Positions 1 to 8,431 of a stretch of 30,327 nt of DNA are shown piece by piece (the first letter of the stretch is position 1; the number at the start of each line of letters is the position of its first letter). The stretch is taken from positions 1-30,327 of the forward strand of contig CAJBVU010000206.1 in the NCBI GenBank assembly GCA_903959115.1, in the 5' to 3' direction. This stretch comes from an uncultured Bacteroidota bacterium. GTDB lineage: Bacteria; Bacteroidota; Bacteroidia; NS11-12g; UBA955. The notes under the pieces were generated by a model. It searched no databases, was not told where the DNA came from, and was given only the letters and a program-made list of their open reading frames with translations. A program made the translations under genes and the position numbers.

Positions 1-879
1 AACACCGTCAACCTCATAACATGGCTCAGCATGCGTTGTAGGTTTAGATGTTTCGAAGCAACCTCCTTGGTCGATGGCTACATCCACAATCACAGCACCT
101 TTTTTCATCGAAGGCAACATGTCGCGCGTGATCAATTTTGGCGCTTTTGCACCGGGGATCAACACACCACCAATTACCAAATCAGCGGTTTTAATGGCGT
201 TACGAACGTTGTATTCGTTTGAAATCATGGTTTCTACGTTGGCAGGCATGATATCGTCGAGCTGACGTAAACGAGGTAGGCTGATATCCATCATGGTAAC
301 ACGAGCGCCCAATCCAGCGGCCATTTTTGCAGCTTGGGTACCTACGATACCACCACCCAAAACTAGCACTTCTGCAGGCTTAACACCAGGTACGCCGCCC
401 AATAAAACACCTCTTCCGCCCATGGGCTTCTCAAGATATTTGGCACCTTCTTGAATACTCATTCTGCCGGCAACTTCGCTCATTGGAATTAACAATGGCA
501 AACTGCGATCGGCTTTCTCTACTGTCTCATACGCCAAACAAACTGCGCCGCGCTCAATCATAGCGTGGGTTAATGGCTCATAAGAAGCAAAGTGGAAATA
601 TGTAAACAACAACTGATCTTTTTTGATCAAGCTGTATTCGCTTTCGATAGGTTCTTTTACTTTGATGATCATCTCGGCGATGGCATACACTTCCTCGATG
701 GTATTGAGGATGGTAGCGCCAGCGGCTTGATATTCAGAGTCTGAAAAACCACTGCCTTCACCTGCTGTTTTTTGGACATACAATGTGTGACCGTGTTTGA
801 TCAATTCACTTGCACCTGCGGGCGTCAATGCCACGCGGTTTTCGTTGTTTTTGATTTCTTTTGGAACGCCTATGATCAT
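1..879 (-). CDS. ald: Alanine dehydrogenase (C-terminal part lies outside the window)
   Basis: Not in the ORF track because it has no stop in the window. Manual translation from ATG at 879 gives MIIGVPKEIKNNENRVALTPAG..., KVKEP, LFTYFHFA, PMSEVAGRM, Rossmann GGGIVG and DVAIDQGGCFETSKPTTH, all classic AlaDH motifs. The frame stays open to base 1. Confidence 0.97.
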   Translation of the reverse strand, partial: MIIGVPKEIKNNENRVALTPAGASELIKHGHTLYVQKTAGEGSGFSDSEYQAAGATILNTIEEVYAIAEMIIKVKEPIESEYSLIKKDQLLFTYFHFASYEPLTHAMIERGAVCLAYETVEKADRSLPLLIPMSEVAGRMSIQEGAKYLEKPMGGRGVLLGGVPGVKPAEVLVLGGGIVGTQAAKMAAGLGARVTMMDISLPRLRQLDDIMPANVETMISNEYNVRNAIKTADLVIGGVLIPGAKAPKLITRDMLPSMKKGAVIVDVAIDQGGCFETSKPTTHAEPCYEVDGV

Positions 880-894
880 GATTTTAAAGTGGCG

Positions 895-902
895 CAAAGA
901 TA
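895..902 (-). promoter_or_regulatory. Bacteroidota housekeeping promoter -7 box (TATCTTTG) for ald
   Basis: Exact TAnnTTTG match on the minus strand, 15 nt before the ald ATG. Confidence 0.7.
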
Positions 903-922
903 AGCGATAAGTTTAATATTCC

Positions 923-2143
923 TTAAAGTCCAAGCTTCTTGATTGTTCCTTTGTCGATGGCGTCCTTGTGCAACATCACCGATGTGGTCTTGTATTTAAA
1001 GTAGGCCTCGCTGAGATAGAAGTACCCACCGAGCGCATTTCCTGTGCCCCAAGAGTTTTTTACCAAGAAATAGGTGCTTCCGTTTTTCTCTGTCGACATA
1101 CCTACGATGTGCATTCCATGGTCGTCCGTTGTGGTCTGCTTATCAAACGCGGCCTGTCTTAACTCAGGTGTAATGTTTAATTCAGCCACGGGTTGTGAGA
1201 AAGCATTGCCTTCTTTTTTTGCCCCTGCATCGTTAAATCCTGCGTTATCGTTTCCAATCTTTTTTATCGTAGATTCATCGGCCGGAACAATTGCCAAACC
1301 ATCGCGGAAGGAGAAGCCTTTTTCGCTAACATCCGCTGCCCAAGCCACCGTGTATCCTTTGTTCAAGGCAGATTTTACCGCGTTGGTGAATTCTTCCAAG
1401 GGTAAGTTATATACTCTGTCCATCGACCAGTTGTCGGGGATTTCAATCACAAAATTGCTGTAATCGGGGTGGTGGGTGAAGCTTGTAAGGGCTACATAAT
1501 CATTCATGTTTAAACCTAGCGTGGCTGAAAAAGATTGAGGGGTGTAGGTTTTGCCTTCATAGCTAAATTCTTTAGGGATGGGTCCGAGGTATGCATCCAA
1601 AATGCCTTCAAATCCGGGTAACCAATTTTCGGTGTAGGAGCCGGGTTCTCTTTTTACCAGAGCCGACATGTATCCTTTTAATACGGCGATCATTTCGCTG
1701 TGATCATGACGGGTAGCGCCATTTTTTAAACCGGTATAAACGGATTCTGGTACGATGCCATATTTGGCTACGATATTAGGGATGTCCCAGCCTTCACCGC
1801 CTTGGTCAAAACTATGGTTGCCATTCATACGCAAATAGATTTTGGCTTTTTCGGTGTAGGCGCATCGGGCCACATACATCTGACTAAGATTGTATTGTCC
1901 TTTCCCCAAACGAATCAACTCGCTTTCCAGTAATGATAGGGTGCTATAACTCCAACAGGTGCTTGTTTTGCACTGGTCTTCCACTGGAGCAGCTTGTAGA
2001 ATTTTGCTTGGGGTGAAAAAATAACTACTACCGGTTTTGTTGATAGAGTAGTCGATGGTTTTGATATCGAGCTTGGCGGCATCTTGTGCCAACAAATGGG
2101 TTGTGCCAAAAGTGATAATTAATGCGAGAAGATTTGATTTCAT
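923..2143 (-). CDS. Exported cysteine aminopeptidase, peptidase family C1B (bleomycin hydrolase / aminopeptidase C-like)
   Basis: Catalytic motifs Q..TSTCWSYS (Cys), DDHGMHIVG (His) and VKNSWG (Asn). N-terminal signal peptide MKSNLLALIITFGTTHLLA-Q. Start placed at ATG 2143 rather than 2149 because a -7-like box ends 1 nt before 2149. Confidence 0.92.
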   Translation of the reverse strand: MKSNLLALIITFGTTHLLAQDAAKLDIKTIDYSINKTGSSYFFTPSKILQAAPVEDQCKTSTCWSYSTLSLLESELIRLGKGQYNLSQMYVARCAYTEKAKIYLRMNGNHSFDQGGEGWDIPNIVAKYGIVPESVYTGLKNGATRHDHSEMIAVLKGYMSALVKREPGSYTENWLPGFEGILDAYLGPIPKEFSYEGKTYTPQSFSATLGLNMNDYVALTSFTHHPDYSNFVIEIPDNWSMDRVYNLPLEEFTNAVKSALNKGYTVAWAADVSEKGFSFRDGLAIVPADESTIKKIGNDNAGFNDAGAKKEGNAFSQPVAELNITPELRQAAFDKQTTTDDHGMHIVGMSTEKNGSTYFLVKNSWGTGNALGGYFYLSEAYFKYKTTSVMLHKDAIDKGTIKKLGL

Positions 2144-2150
2144 AGCCATG

Positions 2151-2158
2151 CGAAAATA
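2151..2158 (-). promoter_or_regulatory. Variant -7 box (TATTTTCG) for the C1B peptidase
   Basis: One mismatch to TAnnTTTG, immediately upstream of the gene. The same TAnnTTCG variant recurs before ccmB and the sigma factor. Confidence 0.4.
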
Positions 2159-2205
2159 CAGATTTTAGGCAAGGCTTTTAATGTTGCACTAAATGGCGGT
2201 AGAAA

Positions 2206-3276
2206 TTACTCTTTAAAGGGGCTTCTAATCTGATAACTCTTGGTTCGATGGAAGTACTTCTTGTAGCCTTTTATTAACCACATGAGCATTTTGCCTTTGG
2301 TAAAAAACAGGTAACTATTTTCTACAGGTACGGCGCCCATCGTACTTTTTATTTCGGTGGCTGTTCTGCCTAGACAAACAAATTGAGATTGATTTTCGAT
2401 GCCATGGCGAATCACATCGTACATCATTCTTTGGTATAGAGAGTCTTCGGCAGCTTGGTTGGTGAGTCCCAAATGCATCGCATAGGTCCCATGATTACTG
2501 TCTATTGCCGTAATAAATCCGCACAATGTTCCTTCGTTGTAATAGCCCCAAATTTTAAATTCCTCTTTCAATGTCCTAACAAACGTGTGTAACATGGCCG
2601 AAATGTTGGGGGAAATGGCCAAGGTTTTGTCTTTCAGGGTATGTCCAAGCAGTTGCGCACATTGCGGAATCCATTCGTTGGCTTGTTGGATGGATAAGGG
2701 CTGGACGATATAATTTTCGGTGGTTTTGAGTACTTTATTGGTTCGAACACGGTATTTCGAACTCATGTTTGAAATGTAATCTTCAAAGGTTTTCCATGAT
2801 TCCTTTATTGCTAAATTCATGAAGGGCTCGGCCGGGATCGTTACTGCATTGGAGATTGTTGGCATGCCTTGTACGTTGATGATTTGTACGCCACAATTGT
2901 TTGCATCATCAATTGCGACATGACCTGAATGAGCGATTTCTGGAAATTGTAATCCCGGGCTACAGGCATTGCCTGCATAGTGAATAAATCCTTTGGTACT
3001 TAATAAGTTGATGGCTTTTAAAATGGTTCGATCTACGTATTTTCCTGTGGGTTTGGATAGTTCTAAATAACTGTATGGAAAGGGTTTTCCATTCAAATAG
3101 AGGCTCCCGCCAAAATTGCCAAAAGCAGATTGTAATTGATAAAATTTGGAAAAATCTATGGGCTTCAAAGTGCGATTGTATGTGGGGTTAACAAAACCCG
3201 AAGGGTGATTGTTTTTGGGTTGGCAAAATTGGTACAAAAGAGCCCTGAAACCAAGTGATTGGTGAGAATCAATCAA
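2206..3276 (-). CDS. GNAT-fold (Acetyltransf_6 / FemAB-like) protein of unknown substrate
   Basis: C-terminal half has WKTFEDYISNMSSKYRVR, a GFIT strand, LYQRMMYDVIRHGIE and LGRTATEIKSTMGAVP, a pattern I recognise from Bacteroidota GNAT-family proteins. TTG start is uncertain; an in-frame stop lies shortly upstream. Confidence 0.65.
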   Translation of the reverse strand: MIDSHQSLGFRALLYQFCQPKNNHPSGFVNPTYNRTLKPIDFSKFYQLQSAFGNFGGSLYLNGKPFPYSYLELSKPTGKYVDRTILKAINLLSTKGFIHYAGNACSPGLQFPEIAHSGHVAIDDANNCGVQIINVQGMPTISNAVTIPAEPFMNLAIKESWKTFEDYISNMSSKYRVRTNKVLKTTENYIVQPLSIQQANEWIPQCAQLLGHTLKDKTLAISPNISAMLHTFVRTLKEEFKIWGYYNEGTLCGFITAIDSNHGTYAMHLGLTNQAAEDSLYQRMMYDVIRHGIENQSQFVCLGRTATEIKSTMGAVPVENSYLFFTKGKMLMWLIKGYKKYFHRTKSYQIRSPFKE

Positions 3277-3349
3277 AAATTGCCGACGAAAGATGGTTCT
3301 AAATCGTTAATTGCAACAATTGGGTATTTCGCTTGTGGCAAAATTCTTG

Positions 3350-3357
3350 TAGGTTTG
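3350..3357 (+). promoter_or_regulatory. -7 box (TAGGTTTG) for the M49 peptidase
   Basis: Exact TAnnTTTG in the divergent intergenic region. The 11-mer TAGGTTTGTAA is also found before lgt. Confidence 0.65.
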
Positions 3358-3394
3358 TAATTCCAGCATAAAATTTCAATTGAAGTATTCTACG

Positions 3395-5500
3395 ATGAAA
3401 CAAAAATTCTCAATCTTACTTACTGTGGCATTGTCTGCCGTAGTTGCACCTACCTACGCACAATCGTCGGGCAAAGCCAAAAAGAAAACCCCAACTCCCA
3501 CACAAGTTGCGCCTACCAAGAATATCGCAGCACAACGATTGGGGATGTATAAAAAATTCGCACTAAAAACCGATACAGCTTTATTGTCGGTTGCTGAACG
3601 CGAATGTATTACCCACTTGATTAAAGCCGCCCAGATTGCAGATCGCATTTTCTGGAAGCAGACCTACGGCGATAAGGATCAATTTCTTAAAAGTATCAAG
3701 GATTCTTCAGAGCGCAAATTTGCTGAAATCAATTACGGTCCTTGGGATCGATTGAACAACAATGAACCATTCATGAAGGGTTACGGTCCAAAGCCTGATG
3801 GTGTAAACTTTTATCCTCGCGATTTTTCCACGGAAGGGATAGATGCAAACATGATGGAGTTTGTGAAAAGTCCGTATTCGATTGTGCGCGACTTTAAACT
3901 GCCTGGTCCGATAGACCCAAGTAAGCATAAAGATGGTCCAATTTTTCCAGAACCGATGGGAATGCCAATTACAACTGCTTCGGGCAAGCAATATGAGACA
4001 TTGAAATATGGCGAATTTTATCGTGAGGATGTAATGAAGTTGGGTGATGAAATGCATGCAGCCTCAGAAGCAATCATGAAAGAAGACAAGGAATTTGCGA
4101 TGTATTTGAGGGAGAGAATGGGTGCTTTGATGATGGACGACTATATTGGAAGTGATATCAAGTGGTTGGGTTTGAAAGGCCACTTGGATTTTGTAATCGG
4201 ACCGATTGAGAATTATGAAGACAAATTATTGGGTCAGAAAACTTCATACGAAGCCTATGTTTTGGTGAGAGACAAAGAATGGGGAGCCAAGTTGGATAAG
4301 TTTATCGCTTACTTGCCGAGTTTACAAGCAGGTTTGCCCGTTTCTGCAGAATACAAGCCAGATTTGAATTCCGCACCGGAAGACGCTGGTAATGGTGAGG
4401 TAGAAATGCAGATGAATGAGCCGGGATTTCCGCCAATGGACGGCACGCATAAACCCTTGAGTCAACTAGCCGTATTTGATGTAGTTTATTATGGTGGAGA
4501 TTGCAATTCAGGCAGCAAAACGATTGCTGTTAACTTGCCAAACGACGAGCGGATTCAGAAGAATTTTGGAACACGTCGTTCACAGTTGAAAAATACCATG
4601 CAAGCAAAATTTGAGAATATGGTTGTCCCCATTTCTCAGCGTGTGATTTTGCCATCGCAGCAAAAACATATCACTTTTAATGCGTTTTTCTCAAATGTCA
4701 TGTTTCATGAAGTAGCGCACGGTTTAGGTATCAAAAACGTAGTGAATAATCCTAAACTCACCGTGAGAGAAGCTTTGGGTGCCGATTACTCTGCCATCGA
4801 AGAATGCAAAGCCGACGTGTTAGGCTTGTATATGGTGACTCAATTGTTTGATAAAAAGGAGTTGGAAGGGTCATTGGATGATTACTATGTCACTTTCGTT
4901 GCTAGCGTTTTCCGTTCCGTTAGATTTGGTGCGGCCTCAGCCCATGGCAAAGCCAATATGATCACATTTAATACATTGTTGCAGCGCGGCGCTATCGTAG
5001 TTGAAGAAAAGGGTAAAACCCAAGAAGATGGTGGCGCAGAAAAAAGATGGTATAAAGTTGACGTTGAGAAAATGCGTCAGGTGATTTCTGATTTGGCCGC
5101 CGAATTGTTGATTTTACAAGGTAATGGTGATATGTCTGCCGTTAAAGCCATGTTAGACGGTAGAGGGGTAATTGGTGCGCCTTTGCAGATGGATATCAAA
5201 CGGTTAGAAACGGCTGGTATTCCTGTTGATTTAGTATTTGATCAAGGGATTGAAACGTTGGGTCTTACTAAATTTTATAAGCCCCTACCTGAAATGAAAA
5301 TGCAGAATATGGGCGGAAAAGGTAAACCTGGCATGGGTGGTCCTGGTCAAGGCGGCCCCGGTGGAATGGGTGGTCCCGGCGGAATGCGTGGTCCTGGTCA
5401 AGGTGGTCCTGGAATGGGCGCTCCAGGTCAGCCAAATATCCCCGGTCAAGGTGGTCCTGGCGGACAAATGCCTCCACCTCCTCCATTGCCAAAAAAATAA
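3395..5500 (+). CDS. Exported zinc peptidase, family M49 (dipeptidyl-peptidase III-like, HEXXH type) with a Gly/Pro/Met-rich C-terminal tail
   Basis: INYGPWDRL, GPIENYED, KTIAVNLPND, MFHEVAHGLG (Zn ligands), IEECKADVLG, FRSVRFG and AHGKANMI. Signal peptide from MKQKFSILL (ATG 3395 preferred over TTG 3380). Confidence 0.88.
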   Translation: MKQKFSILLTVALSAVVAPTYAQSSGKAKKKTPTPTQVAPTKNIAAQRLGMYKKFALKTDTALLSVAERECITHLIKAAQIADRIFWKQTYGDKDQFLKSIKDSSERKFAEINYGPWDRLNNNEPFMKGYGPKPDGVNFYPRDFSTEGIDANMMEFVKSPYSIVRDFKLPGPIDPSKHKDGPIFPEPMGMPITTASGKQYETLKYGEFYREDVMKLGDEMHAASEAIMKEDKEFAMYLRERMGALMMDDYIGSDIKWLGLKGHLDFVIGPIENYEDKLLGQKTSYEAYVLVRDKEWGAKLDKFIAYLPSLQAGLPVSAEYKPDLNSAPEDAGNGEVEMQMNEPGFPPMDGTHKPLSQLAVFDVVYYGGDCNSGSKTIAVNLPNDERIQKNFGTRRSQLKNTMQAKFENMVVPISQRVILPSQQKHITFNAFFSNVMFHEVAHGLGIKNVVNNPKLTVREALGADYSAIEECKADVLGLYMVTQLFDKKELEGSLDDYYVTFVASVFRSVRFGAASAHGKANMITFNTLLQRGAIVVEEKGKTQEDGGAEKRWYKVDVEKMRQVISDLAAELLILQGNGDMSAVKAMLDGRGVIGAPLQMDIKRLETAGIPVDLVFDQGIETLGLTKFYKPLPEMKMQNMGGKGKPGMGGPGQGGPGGMGGPGGMRGPGQGGPGMGAPGQPNIPGQGGPGGQMPPPPPLPKK
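5288..5497 (+). repeat. Low-complexity coding repeat (GGPGQ / GGPGGM units plus terminal polyproline)
   Basis: 70-codon tail with nine PG dipeptides. Imperfect DNA repeats such as ggtcctggtcaagg and ggtcaaggtggtcctgg each occur twice. Confidence 0.9.
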
Positions 5501-5572
5501 GAGCAGCGATTTTCGCTTGTTTAATAAGAAATTGAAGAGTTTTTGTAATCGAAATTTGAAGAGAAATAACGT

Positions 5573-7666
5573 ATGAGATTTAATAAATGGGTGGTTCTAA
5601 CCTCCACGTCGATGATGCTGGCCTTGTTTGTTTTTTGTAGCAACAAGAAGTTTGGTGATAATGATGGATTCTTAGGTTCCCTGATGCGCATGCTTTCCGA
5701 AGCACACTATCAGCCCAAGGCCATTGACGATCAGTTGTCTGGTGAGATTTTTACCAACGTTATCAATAACTTGGATCGCGACAAGCACTTTTTTACCCAA
5801 GGCGATATCGATAAACTGTCGGTATTTAAAACTTCAATCGACGATCAGATTCAGGCAGGAAAATTTGATTTTTTTGATTCTACTTGGACTGTATTGATGA
5901 AGCGATTGGACCAACTTGATCCGATGATTCAGTCATCTCTTGCTCAACCATTTAATTATCAAACAGACGATTCCTATACGGTTTATGACGATGTTGTTGC
6001 CTTTCAACCCGATTGGAAAACGCTTGAGGCTGATTGGCAGAAATGGTTGCAGTTTCAATCCATGGAAAGACTGTCGCGCAAAGTAGAGGCCCAGAAAAAA
6101 ATGAAAGACTCTGCTGGTATCGCGAAGCAAAAACCTTACGATACCTTGGAATTGCAAGCGCGTAACGAAACCAAAAAGTTCTATATCGACTGGTTTAAGC
6201 GTTTAAGAAAAATGGATCGCAGAGATCAACTTTCTATGTATGCCAATGCAATTGCTGAAATTTACGATCCCCACACCAACTATTTCCCACCAGAAGACAA
6301 GGAGAATTTTGATATCAGCATGACGGGTAAATTGGAGGGTATTGGTGCTACGCTTACAGAGCGAGATGGCTATGTGAAGGTAGAGCGCATCGTGCCTGGT
6401 AGCGCCAGTTACCGTCAGGGAGAACTGAAAGCGGGTGATTTGATTTTAAAAGTAGCCCAAGGTTCGGCCGAAGCAGTGGATATCGTAGATATGAAATTGG
6501 ACGACGCCATTCAGCTGATTCGCGGTAAAAAGGGTACGGAGGTGCGTTTGACAGTGAAAAAGCCAGACGGCAGCGTTGTGGTAATTCCGATTATCAGAGA
6601 AGTGGTTGTGATTGAAGAGAGTTTCGCGCGCAGTGCACTGTTGAAATACTCAGGAAAGACCTTTGGTTTGATTCATTTGCCGAGTTTTTATGCCGATTTT
6701 TCTCAGCGTGGCAGGGGTAGGAATTGCACCGGCGACATGAAGATTGAGATGGATAAATTGGTAAAGGCAGGTGCCAACGGAATCATTATCGACCTAAGAA
6801 ATAACGGGGGTGGAAGTTTGGCGGATGCCATTGAAATGGGCGGATTGTTTATTCCTCGGGGTCCAATTGTGCAAGTGAAGGATATGAGAGGGATTGAGGT
6901 GTATGCGGATCAGGACGACGATGTGAATTATAAGGGTCCGATCGTGATTTTGACGAATACGTATAGTGCTTCGGCATCGGAGATTTTGGCGGCTGCATTA
7001 CAAGACTATGGCAGGGCTGTGATTGTGGGAAGTAAGAGCACTTTCGGAAAAGGAACAGTACAAACGTTTGTCCCTTTGGAAGGTGGCATGTCGGAAGTTT
7101 TCCCAAGGGGTTACGGTCAGTTGAAGGTAACGATTCAGAAGTTTTATCGTATCAATGGCGGGACAACTCAGTTAAAGGGTGTGGAGCCTGATGTGGTTTT
7201 GCCTGACGTGTATGATGGCATCGAACAGGGAGAAAAAGAGATGGATTTCCATTTGGCATACGATAAAATTCCTGCAGCGGATTACAAGCCTTTTAATCCT
7301 TATAAGGAGGCGCAGCGAAAGAAAGCGATTGAGCAATCGGCCAAGCGTTTGCAAAAGAATCCATACTATTCTATGGTTCAACAGCGTGCAAAGCAACTGG
7401 CGGCGGTCCGATCATCGTATACGTATTCATTGAATATGTCGAAGTTTGAGGAGCAAGAGGCCGCGCTTCGAGCACAAGACAAGCCTTTGCGTGATTATAA
7501 GTATCGCAGCATTTGTGATACGGTGATGGCTTTGGATGTTGATATGCAAGGGGTGAAAGGCGATGCGATCAAAGAGGCCCAGAAGTTGGACTGGTTGAAG
7601 CGCTATCGCGAGGATGCCGGTATGGACGAGGCGGTAAGAATTCTATTTGATTGGGCGGGCAAGTAA
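5573..7666 (+). CDS. prc: Carboxy-terminal processing (tail-specific) protease, family S41A, with PDZ domain
   Basis: YDPHTNYF, LEGIGATL (PDZ), IDLRNNGGGSL, SASASEILAAALQDYGRA (catalytic Ser), TFGKGTVQ (catalytic Lys) and QKFYRINGGTTQLKGVEPD. Confidence 0.93.
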   Translation: MRFNKWVVLTSTSMMLALFVFCSNKKFGDNDGFLGSLMRMLSEAHYQPKAIDDQLSGEIFTNVINNLDRDKHFFTQGDIDKLSVFKTSIDDQIQAGKFDFFDSTWTVLMKRLDQLDPMIQSSLAQPFNYQTDDSYTVYDDVVAFQPDWKTLEADWQKWLQFQSMERLSRKVEAQKKMKDSAGIAKQKPYDTLELQARNETKKFYIDWFKRLRKMDRRDQLSMYANAIAEIYDPHTNYFPPEDKENFDISMTGKLEGIGATLTERDGYVKVERIVPGSASYRQGELKAGDLILKVAQGSAEAVDIVDMKLDDAIQLIRGKKGTEVRLTVKKPDGSVVVIPIIREVVVIEESFARSALLKYSGKTFGLIHLPSFYADFSQRGRGRNCTGDMKIEMDKLVKAGANGIIIDLRNNGGGSLADAIEMGGLFIPRGPIVQVKDMRGIEVYADQDDDVNYKGPIVILTNTYSASASEILAAALQDYGRAVIVGSKSTFGKGTVQTFVPLEGGMSEVFPRGYGQLKVTIQKFYRINGGTTQLKGVEPDVVLPDVYDGIEQGEKEMDFHLAYDKIPAADYKPFNPYKEAQRKKAIEQSAKRLQKNPYYSMVQQRAKQLAAVRSSYTYSLNMSKFEEQEAALRAQDKPLRDYKYRSICDTVMALDVDMQGVKGDAIKEAQKLDWLKRYREDAGMDEAVRILFDWAGK

Positions 7667-7670
7667 AATT

Positions 7671-8330
7671 TTAATCCTTCCAAAGGGGTTGGAAAAGTAT
7701 TACTGCGAGCACAATGATTAAGCCGTCTAGCGCGCCTACGAGTGCTATGTCGTTCCAAACGGAAGAAACCAAAACAGGGTTCAATGTTTTATTGGATGCT
7801 TGCATTCCCACCAGGATTAGGGGGAGGATAACGGGTAGGCTGAGGACTGGGGCCAAGAATCCGGCTTGATTGGCTTTGGTTGCGATGGCACCGATGAGGG
7901 TAAATATGCTGCCGATTCCGGCCACAACGAGGGTGAGGTTGCAGAAATAGGCGGCGGGATGTTGAATGGGGAAGCCCATAAAAAATGCAAAAAGTAGTAG
8001 GTTGGCGAGGGTGAGGAGGGTCATTGTGAACCATCCATAAATCATCTTAGACCACAGAATATTTTGCGGTGGGGAGAGCTGGTTGAAATAGATCCATCGG
8101 GCGCGGTTCACGCTCAGAAAATTCTTTGATATGGCTTGTAAGGTGCAGAATATTAGGATGATCCAAAAGAGGCTACTCCAGACCTTTGCGTTAATATTGT
8201 GTTGTGATAGAAACGCGAGTAGGGTCATTGTGGCCATCTGCAAAAGGGCGGCGGCCAGCACAGCGGGTTTTTTGAGATCGAGCTGAAATTCAGCCCTCAC
8301 GAGTTTGACCAAATTAGAGAAATTTTGCAT
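7671..8330 (-). CDS. ccmB: Heme exporter protein B-like ABC permease (cytochrome c maturation)
   Basis: About six hydrophobic helices. N-terminal AEFQLDLK, LFWIILIF and LAPVLSLPVILPLIL match the CcmB pattern (L.P.L..P...P). Confidence 0.8.
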   Translation of the reverse strand: MQNFSNLVKLVRAEFQLDLKKPAVLAAALLQMATMTLLAFLSQHNINAKVWSSLFWIILIFCTLQAISKNFLSVNRARWIYFNQLSPPQNILWSKMIYGWFTMTLLTLANLLLFAFFMGFPIQHPAAYFCNLTLVVAGIGSIFTLIGAIATKANQAGFLAPVLSLPVILPLILVGMQASNKTLNPVLVSSVWNDIALVGALDGLIIVLAVILFQPLWKD

Positions 8331-8343
8331 CGCGATGAGGCTG

Positions 8344-8351
8344 CGAAGTTA
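8344..8351 (-). promoter_or_regulatory. Variant -7 box (TAACTTCG) for ccmB
   Basis: One mismatch to consensus, 13 nt before the ATG. Confidence 0.4.
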
Positions 8352-8414
8352 AATCAAAAGGCGGGTGGATAGTAATTCTTGCATAAAGGGGGTGTAAATC
8401 ACAAATCAGACTGC

Positions 8415-8422
8415 GATATTTG
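8415..8422 (+). promoter_or_regulatory. Variant -7 box (GATATTTG) for the biotin carboxylase
   Basis: One mismatch to consensus, 9 nt before ATG 8432. Confidence 0.35.
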
Positions 8423-8431
8423 CACTTACTC

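Noticed and set aside
4705-4725. HEXXH instead of the HEXXGH motif of DPP III
   Set aside because: Pentapeptide-motif M49 enzymes are already known in bacteria, so this alone is not novel.
5330-5465. DNA repeats considered as CRISPR or VNTR
   Set aside because: Units are in-frame, degenerate at third positions and lack spacer structure; no cas genes are present.
5268-5576. Repetitive alternative-frame ORFs (QDHL.., RTTLT.., VVLV..) over the M49 tail
   Set aside because: These are shadows of the GPG repeat in other frames, with no independent start context.
5573-7666. Prc as the dedicated protease for the anti-sigma
   Set aside because: Prc does process anti-sigmas in some Proteobacteria, but here it is 15 kb away in another transcription unit, and nothing in the sequence links them.
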